Assembly (NCBI GenBank): GCA_038087875.1
Contig: CM075998.1
Coordinates: 4,466,001 to 4,530,000 of the forward strand
DNA from: Malacoraja senta
Taxonomy: Eukaryota
Direction: 5' to 3'
Length of the DNA: 64,000 nt
Shown: in pieces, positions 36,699 through 50,096 of the stretch
Position numbering within the stretch: position 1 is the first letter of the stretch
How the letters are laid out: every line of letters begins with the position of its first letter
Notes under the pieces: generated by a model
Database searches by the model: none
Told to the model about the DNA's origin: nothing
Seen by the model: only the letters and a program-made list of their open reading frames with translations
Program-made: the position numbers and the translations under genes

Positions 36699-37763
36699 CC
36701 ACACTTGACCGAAAGGCCATTCACCTTAACCACAGTGTGCCCGATGGTTCCAGTGTTGGAAGCTGTGTCTCAATTGTCTCTGAGAGCATTATCTCCTCTG
36801 CAGTGATAACGGAGCATAAACTATGGAACAGGTAGCTGCTTGAATTATTCTAATCCCTTTGACTACTAAAATATTCTCCATTTACAAAACCTTTCACAGC
36901 AGTTAGATGAGAAAACGTCTGTCAAATTAACATTTAGGCTGAAGGAAATTATAATTATATTCTCAAAGCAGGGCCTGTAGGAAGTCGTCGAAGCCATATC
37001 TTTTGAGTTAATTCACCTTTTGTGTGAGTGAATGTTTTTAATGCTTTCAATGCATTAGTATGCAGAGAATCTACAGATCTTTCAGAACCAGCTAAGCAAT
37101 GGAGCAAACAAAACACTATTTTGTATTATTGTTATTGAATGTCATTGAAAATTTAAAGCTGTAATATGAATTAATTAATTTGTTCACTGAGTTTGGACAA
37201 TAGACAATAGACAATAGGTGCAGGAGTAGGCCATTTGGCCCTTCGAGCCAGCACCGCCATTCAATGTGATCATGGCTGATCATCCCCAATCAGTACCCCG
37301 TTCCTGCCTTCTCCCCATATCCCCTGACTCCGCTATCTTTAGGAGCCCTCTCTAGTTTGCTGCCGTATAAGGAAGTTTCTAGTGAAAGAAGTTGGTAATT
37401 TATGAATAAGCAACTTTAGTTCAGCATGATCCAAAACATGTCAATTGCACAAAATTTCAAAATCAGAGTTCAATACTATACTGTGTATGCAGCAATAAAG
37501 GATGAACATTTACCCCCACATTCTCTCCTCTGCAGTCAGAAATAATTTTCACTGTGGTCCAGAAATAGCAGGTTAAAAAGCGTTACCAACTAACTCCATT
37601 GTATCAAAAAAATTCTTGAGACATCTGGCCTTTTAAATATTTACCCTTTTAAACCTTTGGTTATTCCATTGCAGATTGGAAGATAAACTGAGAGGTTTTC
37701 AACTTCCTTAACATTGCCACGATACCAAATGGATAATGACTTCAAATTCAGATAGATATTTTT

Positions 37764-38080
37764 GTTTAGTTTAGTTTAGTTTGGTTGAGATACAGCATGG
37801 AAACAGATCCTTCGGCCCACCGAGTCCACGCCAACCACCGATCACCCGCACCCTAGTTCTATGTTATCCCATTTTCACATCCTACACACAAGGGGGCAAT
37901 TTACAGAAGCCAATTAACCTACAAACTTGCAAGTCTTTGGAATGTGGGAGGAAACCGGAGCACCCAGGGAATACCCACGCAGGTCCCGGGGAGAACGTAT
38001 AAAACTCCACACGTTTATGGACCTGAGGTCAGGATCGAATCCAGTTCTCTGGCGCTGAGGCAGCGGCTCAACTCTGTGCC
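37764..38080 (-). mobile_element. HE1-type SINE (diverged)
   Basis: (TTTAG)n tail and family body. Confidence 0.8.
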
Positions 38081-38469
38081 TCCCTTGTATTTTGTTTTCC
38101 AGTGTTTGGTTCAAATACAAGTCATGTTCAAAAATTCTGATCAATACCTGGAGTTGTTTAGATAGTTCAAATGCTTTCTGTACTTTCTATTATCTCATCA
38201 TTTATCAAATGAATATTTTGTCTCATGTTGGCGTCATTTTGTTATGAGATAATTGGCTCTGACGCCAATGTGGCTGCAAGTGACATTAAAAGCCACAAAT
38301 ATCTCAACAGCCTGCGACACAAATATACACTTTATGTTCAATGTGCAATGAGGCAGCTCTGCACATTCTTCTTATTTATTGCATAATTTTTCTATGCTGT
38401 ATTTTGTTTCTGTACTTAGACATTACTTTCAAATAATTTTGTTTTATTTAACTATTTGATGAGTTTTTG

Positions 38470-38816
38470 GCCCCTCTCACCCTGGCCACAAACTCTTTGA
38501 ATCAGTTCCCTCTGGAAGGCGACTCCGGATTGTCAAAGCTGCCACAGCCAGACATAAAAACAGTTTTTATCCACGAGTAGTTGCTCTACTCAACAGCCAA
38601 AAATCTGTAGCCTCCCTTTGATCTGGTATTTTGTTGGTTCACATGCTTGATCAATAGTGTTTTATCATTAATGTTTTATTATTATTCATGTTTAGTGTTT
38701 TCTGAGTCATTCGTAACTGTCACTGTATGTCATGTTCTTACTTGTGGGCGGAGCACCAAGGCAAATTCCTTGTATGTGAATACTTGGCCAATAAACTTAC
38801 TTACTTACTTACCTAC
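38470..38816 (+). mobile_element. Rex1/Babar LINE 3' end
   Basis: PSHPGHKLFESVPSGRRLRIVKAATARHKNSFYPRVVALLN, then AATAAA and an (ACTT)n tail. Confidence 0.82.
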
Positions 38817-39939
38817 TTCATTCATTTTTTGGGGACATGGCTCCACCGACAGTGGCAGCATTTATTGCCTACCTCCAATTGAGATGGTGGTGGTGAATAA
38901 TCTTTTTGAACCACTGCACTCCTGATGAAAGTGCTTGCACAGCGCTGTTTAGCAGGGAGATTCAGAATTTAGACTCGGTGACATGAAAAACGTGAATATA
39001 TATCTCCATGCCAGGAAGGTTCCCGTGTGCTGTTTGGAGGGGGACTGCAAGGCAGCTGGGCAGGGTTGTTAAGTCAATTGCTATCCACCAAAGTCATGCA
39101 CCACCTCTTTAATGAGCTTTGGTCAGCATTGTTTAGATCCCTTAATCCACTGGGCAAAAGACAGATTGCTGCCTTCAATGTTTGCTGCAACTCATTAAGT
39201 TTTAACTTCTATACCAGGGTTGCATCTTGAAGTAAACATTTGATAACATGGCATAGTTTACAGTGTGGAATCAGGCCCTTTGGCCCAACTTGTTCATGCT
39301 GGCCAAGATGTCTACCTGGGCTGAATGGCTGGCTCCTGTTCTATTTTGTATGTTCGGCTTACATTTTGTCATGTGTTGCACTGAGCTCTCACGGCATAGC
39401 ATCGCACTAACTGTAAGTCAGTATGTTCGCCATTGCTAATGAAAGGGTTCAAACGCAATTCACAGCTCAGTTACTGGTATCTCATTTCAGAGAGCTGGTT
39501 TATTTCCGGGTGTTCTGCTGTATTTTCTGGCCCTGGAAAGTTCACTTTGCCAGCATGCAAGAAGCTGCGTTGCGGGCATACCGTTCAGTTGCCTCAGAAA
39601 TGCACTGTACTCATGGTGGTCTCATGAGCCGCCTTCAGGCTGGAAGGAGAGCAGGTAGACAAAAGTGCTGGAGAAACTCAGCGGGTGCAGCAGCATCTAT
39701 GGAGCGAAGGAAATAGGCAACGTTTCGGGCCGAAACCCTTCTTCAGGAGAGCAGGAGAGTTTGGGCGACTGATGTGAGGCGGGAGGGAGACAATAGACAA
39801 TAGACAACAGGTGCAGGAGTAGGCCGTTCGGCCCTTCGAGCCAGCACCGCCATTCAATGTGATCATGGCTGATCATCCCCAATCAGTACAAGAATTATCA
39901 GTACAAGGATTATTGGTGCTCCTTTCCCTTTCCTGCTGG

Positions 39940-40381
39940 ACATATACAGGAAGAGATGTATCAGCAGAGCCATCTCCATCATCAAAGACCCCTACCACCT
40001 ATTGCATCACATATTCTCCATCCTGCCATCTGGGAAGAGGTACAGGAGCATTAGGTGCAAAACCAGCAGGATGCTCCTCAGCTTCTTCCCGCAGGTTATA
40101 AGACTGATAAACGGACTTTGCCCCCTGCCAAAGTATCGTGCACCAACCACCAACCTGGACACACTGCAGCAGAGCCACTGTCGTGCCGCTGCCGATCGGA
40201 ATGCCTGTTGATGTTTAGTAGAGTAGAGTGTTAATTTGTTCATGATATATGTAATTTTACTTCTATTTATTTTTTACTGCACACTGAAATGGACACTGGT
40301 TGAGGAACGTTTTTTTGTTTCCTCTGGGTATGCGAATACTCAGGAAATGACAATAAAGATATACAATACAATACAATACAA
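39940..40381 (+). mobile_element. Rex1/Babar LINE 3' end (second family)
   Basis: RAISIIKDPYHLLHHIFSILPSGKRYRSIRCKTSRMLLSFFPQVIRLIN, then AATAAA and a (TACAA)n tail. Confidence 0.85.
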
Positions 40382-42187
40382 AGAACAAGGAAGAAGGGGT
40401 CGGAGGATGAAAGGGGGAGTAGGAGGAGGAGGAGGAGGAGGAGAGTTCTTCATGATTCAGGAGTGAAACAGGATGAGGACACAAAGCCAGATAAAGCACT
40501 GCTGGCTGCCACAGGAGAGGTGGACAGCAGGGCAAAGAGACATCCCTCTCTCCACCCCATTTCACAGGTATATCTTTCCTCTACTGCACACTCTCCACCA
40601 AAGCTGCATTGTTGTGTTAGGAAACACGTTGCCTCTCCCTCACCCCCTGGGTTACCCTTCAATATGCCACCCTGTGACAGCCACAATGTTAGTGCAAGAA
40701 CTCTGCATGTACTGTTCCACAAAAATTGGGTCTAACTGCCACTTGAGTGCTAAACCTGTTTCAGCACCTCGACCCACTTCAAACGATAATAATCAGTCAT
40801 TCATTTGTATGTTCAATGAGAACTTTCAAGGGGATGCACTGTTTTAGCACAATATTCCTTCAGCACAATATTCCAGCTCCAATTTTAAATCTTTCACCAG
40901 AATAGCCCCCAAGATATTGTAGAAGGACTGACTCCCCATAGCCTTTGCACAAGACACGTCAGCACTGTGCTGGAATACATCCCAAGATGCGTCGAATGAA
41001 TACAAAATCTGCCATGAACTGTGAGCCACTAGTTTCCGCGGTGAGTTTCTTGCTAGTTGCCGCAGGTATAGAAAAGCTTCAAATTCCAACCCTGTTTACC
41101 TGAAAACCTTATTCTTTGGTGAGCTTCGTTGCAACCCAGTGGAAGTTTGATCTTCGACTTTAGCAGAAGCTGGCACGGTCCTTCATTGCGGCACGACTCT
41201 CTGCTGCCTCCCTCACTTTGGACAATTTCCCAGCGCGAGGGTTATTCAATTACTTTTGGCAGTGAAAGGGGATGGATATTAACTGCATACCTCAACAGAG
41301 TGTTGCCAATAGTCCGTGTTTCTGCTCCAAGACTGCTTTAACATGACAAAAACAACACCAAACTTCGGTTATTTGTGGTTGACATGCCACTAATGACATG
41401 TCCTCCCGAAAAAGCCTGTACAGAAAGGTTATAGGTGCGTGGTTGCAGTGGAGTACTGGAAGAGAGGTCTGTTAAAAACAAATACTTTGCTAAGATACGG
41501 CTGAAGAGAATAGTATAAACAAATAGAGGGAGCAGAGAGCAATAAAAACGATGCAAATTTAAAAGCAAGATACTGCAAACTTCTCTTCAAATTTTTCCAA
41601 CACAAATCCAACATTTTGAATTTAGCCTTAGCTGGCCAGGCCAGTGGAGTGCTGCTTTTCCATTTTATGTGAGTTCAGTGAGTTAAACGACACAGCAGAA
41701 TGTGCATGCACCATCACTAACATATGGCAATAAGACTGCAATTGGTCACCAATGCAATCTCCCCTTCCTCACAGATTTTCTTATTTCACAATATGTGGCA
41801 CGCTGTCAATTGCATCCACATGCCTTCATCCCGATTCTCTGATCTACACTTGCCAGCAGCGATGTCTTCCAAAATCTGACCCATTTTATACCTAAAATGC
41901 CTGCCAGTGAACAGCTCCATTTCCAAGACCTTGAGGTCAGACAAAATATAGAACACATTTGGCTGTACTGGATAAGTTATCTGTGCGAATGATTAGCTAC
42001 ATCTTAAAGGAAAAGCTAGTTATTCCGTATTCCAGGCAGAAGAAAAAGTGCAATGGCCGCAACAGGCTAGATTGGAAGATCGGGAAATTCAACCGTAGCA
42101 GCTGTTCGAGAGTCTAATAACAGCGGGGAAGAAGTCGTACTTGAATCTGATGGTACATGCTTATGCATTTTTGTGTCTTCTGCCTGA

Positions 42188-42838
42188 CATAGAAACATAG
42201 AAACATATAAAATAGGTGCAGGAGTAGGCCATTCGGCCCTTCGAGCCTGCACCGCCATTCAATATGATCATGGCTGATCATCCAACTCAGTATCCCGTAC
42301 CTGCCTTCTCTCCATACCCCCTGATCCCTTTAGCCACAAGGGCCACATCTAACTCCCTCTTAAATATAGTCAATGAACTGGCCTCAACTACCCTCTGTGG
42401 CAGAGAGTTCCAGAGATTCACCACTCTCTGTGTGAAAACGTTTTTCCTCATCTCGGTCTTAAAGGATTTCCCCCTTATCCTTAAGCTGTGACCCCTTGTC
42501 CTGGACTTCCCCAACATCGGGAACAATCTTCCTGCATCTAACCTGTCCAACCCCATAAGAATTTTGTACGTTTCTATAAGATCCCCTCTCAATATCCTAA
42601 ATTCTAGCGAGTATAAGCCGAGTCTATCCAGTCTTTCTTCATATGAAAGTCCTGACATCCCAGGAATCAGTCTGGTGAACCTTCTCTGCACTCCCTCTAT
42701 GGCTATAATGTCCTTCCTCAGATTTGGAGACCAAAACTGTACGCAATACTCCAGGTGTGGTCTCACCAAGACCCTGTACAACTGTAGTAGAACCTCCCTG
42801 CTCCTATACTCAAATCCTCTTGCTATGAAGGCCAACAC
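42188..42838 (-). mobile_element. CR1 3' fragment, young subfamily, inserted in a Rex1 remnant
   Basis: ORF 42287-42838 is open. GCCTGA is duplicated at 42182-42187 and 42851-42856. Confidence 0.94.
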
Positions 42839-43089
42839 TCCACTGGCCTGGCCTGATGGTGAAGGGGAGAAGGGTGTGAGGGGTCCTTGGTTCTGTTGGC
42901 TGCTTTCAGAATGAGGCCCAGTATCTCGAGGAGAGAAGCAACCAAGATCCTCTCCACTGATCTCTGTTCATTGAAGCCTATTGAAACGTGTGCAGACGCA
43001 AGCACGAGATAAGGAAAGCGTTGGGCCTGACATTCAGCAACTTCAGAGGGAGGAAGGAGAAAAGTACAAAACTGAGTAGTGGGCAGAAA

Positions 43090-43392
43090 TGGGCGCAGAG
43101 GTAGAGTCGCTGCCTTACAGAACTTTCAGCGCCAGAGACCCGGGTTCCATCCCGACTACGGGTGCTTGTCTGTGCGGAGTTTGTACGTTCTCCCCGTGAC
43201 CACGTGGGTTTTCTCTGAGATCTTCAGTTTCCTCCCGCACTCCAAAGACGTACAGATTTGTAGGTTAATTGGCTGGGAATCAATGTAAATTGTCCCAAGT
43301 GTGTGTAGGATAGTGTTAGTGTGCGGGGATCGCTGGTCGGCGCAGACTCGGTGGGCCGAAGGGCCTGTTTCCACGATGTATCTCTAAACTAA
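43090..43392 (+). mobile_element. HE1-type SINE
   Basis: tRNA-like head with GGTTCCATCCC and CR1-derived tail. Confidence 0.88.
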
Positions 43393-43772
43393 TATTAAAA
43401 AGTTGTGAATAATTCTTCACTCGGCTAGCGATCTAAACTTTTCCCAAGTATTACAGACAGAAAGCAGTTTCCAAGGTAGAAATGACAATGAGACTTTGAA
43501 CTGCTCTCTGGGCGTGTGCCACGTCAGCCCCAGACATTGACCTTTACTCCCAGGAAGTAAGCTGCTGCCGACAAGTATCTTGCTAGCACAAGGGTAGAAT
43601 CCTAATGTGACAACCAGTTCCGATTAATTAATTACAATTAAAACAGACCCTCATGGAGAATCTCTTGAATTGAATTTTTATTTTAACACTTGCATGGACA
43701 GTCGGGAGAGGGTAACAGGGTAGCAGTGGGGAAATCTGAGAGCAGATTATTACTGTTCCGTAATATTTGCCA

Positions 43773-44233
43773 TGACAATAAACAATAGGCAATAGACAAT
43801 AGGTGCAGGAGTAGGCCATTCGGCCCTGCGTGCCAGCACCGCCATTCAATGTGATCATGGCTGATCATCCCCAATCAGTACCCCGTTCCTGCCTTCTCCC
43901 CATATCCCCTGACTCCGCTATTTTTAAGAGCCTTATCTAGCTCTCTCTTGAAAGCATCCAGAGAACTGGCCTCCACTGCCCTCTGAGGCAGAGAATTCCA
44001 CAGACTCACAACTCTCTGTGAAAAAAAGTGTTTTCTCAACTCCGTTCTAAATGGCTTACCCCTTATTCTTAAACTGTGTGTGGCCCCTGGTTCTGGACTC
44101 CCCCCAACATCGGGAACATATTTCCTGCCTCTAGCGTGTCCAAATCCTTAACAATCTTATATGTTTCAATGAGATTCCCTCTCATCCTTCTAAACTCCAG
44201 AGTGTACAAGCCCAGCCGCTCCATTCTCTCAGC
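43773..44233 (-). mobile_element. CR1 3' fragment, (CTATTGT)n-tail subfamily
   Basis: ERMERLGLYTLEFRRMRGNLIETYKI plus 3'UTR. Confidence 0.9.
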
Positions 44234-44450
44234 TGGGGACAATTCGGACAAACTGGGGATGACTTTAATTTGGAGTGAGATTAGTATTTCTGGGGAAAGG
44301 AGATTCCCAAGTATACAACGTACCCGAATGTCTGAAAGCTCATCAGATCTGGCCTGGCTTTTATTTATGAAATTAGTTTATGTTGGTATCATGTTCAGCA
44401 TGACATTGTGGGCCAAAGGGCCTCTTCCTGTGCTATACTGTTTTTTTTAA

Positions 44451-45037
44451 ATAGAGACACAGCGCGGAAACAGGCCCTTCGGCCCACCGAGTCCGCGCCG
44501 TCCAGTGATCCCCGTACGCTAGTTCTATCCTACACGCTTCAGGCAATTTACACAAGCCAAATAACCTACAGACCCACATATCTTTGGAACGTGGGAGGAA
44601 ACCGGAGTACCCAGAGAAAGCCCACGCAGGTCGCAAGGAGAACGTACACACTCCGTATGGACAGTGCCCATTGTCAGGATCGAATCCGGGTCTCTGGCAC
44701 AGTAATAGCCCTGTCCCACTGTACGAGTTCATTCAAGAGCTCTCCCGAGTTTAAAAAAAAATCAAACTCGTGGTAAGCACGTAGAATGTACGTAGCGGGT
44801 ACGTCGGAGCTAGGGACGTCTCTTAGCGGCTCGTAATGCTAACGGCAGGTACTCGGGGAGACTCGTGAAGATTTTTCAACATGTTGAAAAATGTCCACGA
44901 GAGCCACGAGTACCTACGAGCGGCCATTACCATAAATCTCCGAGTTCGAATCAGGGCAAACTCGGGAGAGCTCTTGAATGACCTTGTACAGTGGGACAGG
45001 GCTTTAAGGAAGCAACTCGACTGCTGCGCCACCGTGT
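44451..45037 (-). mobile_element. HE1-type SINE interrupted by a MITE
   Basis: The SINE consensus resumes after the TAA duplication at 45005. Confidence 0.85.
44706..45004. mobile_element. Harbinger-type MITE
   Basis: TIR (T/A)AGCCCTGTCCCACTGTAC; TAA TSD at 44703-44705 and 45005-45007. Confidence 0.88.
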
Positions 45038-45545
45038 CGTTCTATGTTCTAAATTGTCCATCAGCCCAAAGTCACCGGAAATGACGTCATGACCAGTAGG
45101 TAAGAAAGGGAATTGGGCCAGGAATCAAGATAGGGCCCTGAATGCCAAGTAAGTGATTTGTGGTGAGTTGAAAGGGTTGTTAGTGGGGAAACAGAAGGCC
45201 AAAGAGATTTCACATCTGCTCCTCTGAACTCCTAGGAATCCTTTCACAGGATGAAAGCTATTTGTTTACCATGGGGTTCCTTTGCCACTCTCTTGCAGCC
45301 TGTCACATTATGCTGGAGAATTTGGAGTTCCACTGCTATAAAATTGCATTGATTACTTTACTGGTCGCCACTGGCAAATTGAAATTTCATCCCTATGTAT
45401 TTATATTATAGCCTCAGTTCATTTCAAAATTAGTGAACTGTTATCATGTACTGTATCTATACACTGTGGACGACTCGATTGCAACTGCCCATCACCTGCA
45501 TAAGTGGGGGATGACAGATAGCCCTGCTTGCGACTGCGTACATCC

Positions 45546-45842
45546 AGACACAGCACGGAAGCAGGCCCTTCGGCTCACCGCGTTTGCGCCGACCAGCGAT
45601 CCCCGCACATTAACACTATCCAACACCCACTAGGGACAATTTTTACATTTACCAAGCCAATTAACCTACAAACCTGTACGTCTTTGGAATGTGGGAGGAA
45701 ACCGAAGTTCTCGGAGGAAACCCACACAGGTCACGGGGAGAACGTACAATCTCCGTACAGACACCCCCTGTAGTCGGGATCGAAATCGAGTTTCCAGCGC
45801 TGCATTCGCTGTAAGGCAGCAACTCTACCGCTGTGCCACCGT
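45546..45842 (-). mobile_element. HE1-type SINE (GAATGCAGC-insert subfamily)
   Basis: Family match; the insert is shared with 49776-50096. Confidence 0.85.
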
Positions 45843-46157
45843 AACTGCCCAAGATATTCATATATGGGATCTGAATATCCAAGTAGTCAAAAGGGAAAAT
45901 TGTATAACCCTCTTATTGTGGGGTTTTAATAGACAATAGACAATAGATAATAGGTGCAGGAGTAGGCCATTCGGCCCTTCGAGCCATTCACTGTGATCAT
46001 GGCTGATTATCCACATTCAGTACCCCGTTCCTGCCTTCTCACCATAGACCTCTGTTCTACCTTCTCTTTGATTCTGATCTCTCCACTGGGATTAACATTA
46101 TGTCCACGACATTAAAATTATTAAACTCCCTTGTCAAATAATTTTAGCAATGGCTAA

Positions 46158-46651
46158 AGGGCCTGTCCCACGGGCATGCGACTCCATGCGGCAAGCGCGA
46201 CCTAACCGCAAGCGGGGGCCGCGCGGAGGTCGAGTGATCCCCGTACAGGGCCGGTCCCACCAGCATGCGGCTGCATGCGGCAAGCGCTACCAAATCGGAA
46301 GCGGGGGCCGCGCGGAGGTCGAGTGACGTCAAGGCGGCGCGCACGGCCTCGATGCAGCGCGCACGGCCTCGATGCAGCGCGCACGGCCTCGATGCAGCGC
46401 GCACGGCCTCGATGCAGCGCGCACGGCCTCGATGCGGCTGCGGGCCGGCAGGCCGTTGCCGCGCGGAATTTTTGAACAGTGTCAGTTTTTCGGAGTCCCT
46501 CGCGATATCGGGACCAGCTCCGCACAACTCCATATGGCCCGGCGATCGAAGTGGGACCGGCCCCGCGACCTCTGCACGGCCCCCGCACAGCCCCCGCTTG
46601 CGGTTAGGTCGCGCTTGCCACATGGAGTCGCATGCCCGTGGGACAGGCCCT
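46158..46651. mobile_element. GC/CpG-rich Harbinger-type MITE with internal 20-bp tandem repeat
   Basis: ~60-bp near-perfect TIRs starting AGGGCCTGTCCCACGGGCATG; TAA TSD. GCGCGCACGGCCTCGATGCA x5 at 46337-46435. Confidence 0.9.
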
Positions 46652-47107
46652 TAAAACATTGTCTATGACTTCACAAATCATGCTGCAGGGATTTTAAATT
46701 CTTCAGATAGACATTAATAATATTGTATATTATTTACTCAATATTTTTTCCCACAGTTGATTTTCGTTCTACAGGTCTATGTTCTATTGATTTCCATAGT
46801 CCCAAATGATATCATGCCGAATATCAACAGTGAATAATACAGTTGGTGTAAATATTGATAAAACTATTTCATTAATTCTTTGAATTTGTTCACGCAACAT
46901 TCTTTACTGATGTCTATATGTTTGAATTCCTGAGCTCCCATCACTGAATCTAGAATTTAAAAAAAAACAGTCTGATTTGAAGAATTCATTTCCTGTACAA
47001 TATTTTTTAAAGGGATGATGTACCTTTTTAATAAATGACCTAGTGCTATCAAAGCTAAACAACATACTTGGCTTTCTCTTATTGTTATCACTAGTCTACC
47101 TTTTCTA

Positions 47108-47751
47108 TTAGTTTAGTTTAGTTTAGTTTAGTTTCGAGCTACAGCGCTGAAACATGCCCTTCGGCCCACCGAGTCCGTGCCGACCAGCGATCCCCGTACA
47201 TTAAAACCCCTGTCCCACGGTACGAGTTCATTCCAAGAGTTCTCCCGAGTTTGCCCTGATTCGAAATCGGAGATTTACGGTAATGGCCACTCGTCGGTAC
47301 TCGGAGCTCTCGTGGACATTTTTCATCATGTTGAAAAATCTTCACGAGTCTTCCCGTGCTTACCTGCCGTTAGCGAGTCTTCCCGAGTACCTGCCGTTAG
47401 TGCTAAGAGACGTCCCCGAGCTCCGACGTACCCGCTACGTTCATTCTCCGTGTTTACCACGAGTTTGATTTTTTTTAAACTCGGGAGAGCTCTTGGAATG
47501 AACTCGCACCGTGGGACAGGGCTTTTAACACTATCCTACACACTAGGGACAATTTACAATTTTACCAAGCCAATTAACCTAGAGACCTGTACGTTTTTGG
47601 AATGTGGCAGGAAACCGGAGCACCTGGAGAAAACACACGCAGGTCACGGGGAGAACATACAAACTCCGTACAGACTACACCCGCAGTCAGGATCGAACCC
47701 GGGTCTCTGGTGCTGTAAGGCAGCAACTCTACCGCTGTGCCACTGTGCCGC
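47108..47751 (-). mobile_element. HE1-type SINE interrupted by a MITE
   Basis: Removing the MITE restores 'acattaacactatcc'. Confidence 0.88.
47205..47524. mobile_element. Harbinger-type MITE
   Basis: CCCTGTCCCACGG...CCGTGGGACAGGG with a 3-bp TSD within TTAA. Same subfamily as 44706, in opposite orientation. Confidence 0.88.
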
Positions 47752-48599
47752 CTCAAGCTTTGCTCTCTTATCTCTTACAATATTTTAACCATCTGCAACT
47801 GATTTCTATACAACCTCATTCATTTTTTTCTTCTTTAAAGTATTTTTATCACGAGATTTTGTCATTTCCAGGACCTGGGTGGCACTAGCAAGGCCAGTGT
47901 TTATTGCCAAATCCTGACTGCCCTTGAGAAGGTCGAAGTGAGCCAGCCCTTTGAGCAGTTTCAGTCTATGTGGTGACTGTGTTGGTGGGGAGGGAGTTCC
48001 AGGATTTACAGCCATGACAACGAAAGACTAACAGCACATTTCCAAATCAAGATGTTGTGTTTCTTGGAGGGGAATTTACAGGTGGCGGGATTCCAATTCT
48101 TTTCATGAGGAAAGGCACCCTTTCTCCATATTCCTGAAAATAATTTTTAAAATAATCCTTTTTACTATAGTTTTATTTCCTACCTCAGTTTCCTTCTCCA
48201 CATGCAACAGTGACTAAACTTCAAAAGAAATATTTGGCTATCAACCTCTGTGGAACATCCTGAGCTAAAAAGTGCTATAGAAATACAAGACGTTCATTGT
48301 TCTTTTCAATCCTCTCTGGTCTTTTCATGGACTCAGCATTTACTCTTACAAAGTCCTGAATATAATGACCAACTGCAATTCCCAGATCACCAACCAGTTC
48401 TGGGTGACTGCTCAGTTTTAAATCTGCTTCAATAATTCCTTTGTTAGCAGGAGACAGTGTAGGTTGCCCGTGTCCTTTCCCTCTTGATACCATTGCCCAT
48501 GTTACACATGCAAGCCAATGGGTTTATTGTAAGATCCTTCACTTTGTAATCCAAATCCCTCCTTGGACTTTTCCAACTTTCACTTGGCTGTGTCCTCTA

Positions 48600-49310
48600 G
48601 CCATAGCCAAAAAACGGTACCCTTTATCACTAGGATTTTTCCGCCACCTTACTCACCGTTCTCCTCTCCTCCAAGCGGACCAAGTTTTGTTCCAATCGAT
48701 GGAAGATTACAAAAGTTATGCAGGTTTAAAAAATCGTGAGATCAGCAGATTGGTCTTCTCGCCCGTCAGTCACCATGAAGGTAAAGCCCCTTCCGGCACC
48801 CGCTGGAGAATAAAGTCCCGGAGGCGGGGCTGAGTCCACAAGTGCTGATTGAGTCCGCAAGAGTGGAGTCGGGAAAGTCGCTGTGTGGAGTCGGAAAAGC
48901 CGCTGTGTGGAGTCGGGAAAGCCGCTGTGTGGAGTCGGGAAAGCCGCTGTGTGGAGTCGGGAAAGTCGCTGTGTGAAGTCGGGAAAGCCACTGTGTGGAG
49001 TCAGGAAAGGCGCAGTGTGGAGTCGGGTAAGCCAGTGTGTGGAGACGGGAAAGCCACTGTGTGGAGTCGGGAAAGCCGCTGTGTGGAGTCGGGTAAGCCG
49101 CTGTGTGGAGTCGGGTAAGCCGCTGTGTGGAGTCGGGTAAGCCGCTGTGTGGAGTCCACCCACACCACCATCCCTCCCGCACACCACCCCCCCCTCCCCC
49201 ACACCACCCCCTCTCCCACACCATGGTGGAATATTGCATTGGGGAATGGGTTGCATTGGGGGACCAGGCCTCCCGTGTGACTGGGACCCAACGGGTTCTA
49301 CTTAGTCTAG
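48600..49310 (+). mobile_element. Putative non-autonomous Helitron-like element (5' boundary uncertain)
   Basis: 3' hairpin GGGACCC-AAC-GGGTTCT (49283-49299), then CTAG (49307-49310) followed by T. Internal minisatellite. Confidence 0.55.
48862..49155. repeat. 22-bp minisatellite, ~13 copies
   Basis: Unit CGCTGTGTGGAGTCGGG(A/T)AAGC. Confidence 0.95.
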
Positions 49311-49419
49311 TAAAGTAATAAATTTAAAATCCCTGGTGTTTGCTCCACCGTTGGTTACCATGCCTTTGGTCTCTCAGCCTCATCCTCTGCCTCACAAAAT
49401 CCTTCAGCACCATTCCCTG

Positions 49420-49620
49420 ACCACATAGCTACACCTTTGACCTGGAGAAAGTGAATGGCATTAGAGGAGAAGTTGTTCCTCGTGAGAACAAGTTCAGTCA
49501 GAACGTGTGTGTTGCTGGAGGGGAACTGGTTGAAACTCTGCTCACAGAAAATGCGGAGAGCCCTCAAACCATCCTGATGTGGAATGGAGTTGTGAAGAGA
49601 GTGTACGTCCGTGGTAAAGA
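49420..49620 (-). pseudogene. Penelope RT core remnant
   Basis: ALRIFCEQSFNQFPSSNTHVLTELVLTRNNFSSNAIHFLQVKGVAM, matching the PLE RT motif ELVLT.NNFSF....FLQ.KGVAMG. Confidence 0.8.
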
Positions 49621-49775
49621 TGAACCTGTGTAGGAAGGAACTGCAGATGCTGGTTTACACTGAAGATAGAAACAAAAATCTGAAGTAACTCAATGGTTCA
49701 GGCAGCATTTCTGGAGAGAAGGAATTGGTGACGTTTCGGGTCGAGACCCTTCTTCAGAGTAGGAGGTGTGTACTT

Positions 49776-50096
49776 TTTAGTTTTAGTTTTAGAGATGCAG
49801 CGTGGAAACAGGCCCTTCGGCCCACCGGATCCGCGCTGACCAGTGATTCCCGCACATTATCACCATCCTACACCCACTAGGGACAATTTTTACATTTACC
49901 AAGCCAACTAACCTACAAACCTGTTCGTGTTTGGAGTGTGGGAGGAAACCGAAAATCTCGGAGAAAACCCATGCAGGTCACGGGGAGAACACACAAACTC
50001 TGTACAGACAGCACCCATAGTCGGGATCGAACCCGGGTCGCCAGCGCTGCATTCGCTGTAAGGCAGCCACTCTCCCACTGCGCCACCGTGCCGCCC
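49776..50096 (-). mobile_element. HE1-type SINE, full length
   Basis: GGGCGGCACGGTGGCGCAGTGG head, B box GGTTCGATCCC and tail. Confidence 0.9.

Noticed and set aside
46144..46668. Overlapping 100-160-aa Arg/Ala-rich ORFs
   Set aside because: They arise from a GC-rich palindromic MITE with few stop codons and show no protein motifs.
47177..47788. 203-aa ORF
   Set aside because: A chance read-through across the antisense strand of an HE1 SINE and an inserted MITE.
48726..49318. Several 70-176-aa repetitive ORFs and a superficially CRISPR-like array
   Set aside because: These are translations of a head-to-tail 22-bp minisatellite. There are no unique spacers and no cas genes, and the context is eukaryotic.
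49990..50096. tRNA gene
   Set aside because: The A/B boxes belong to the HE1 SINE head, which runs into the SINE body; there is no complete cloverleaf.
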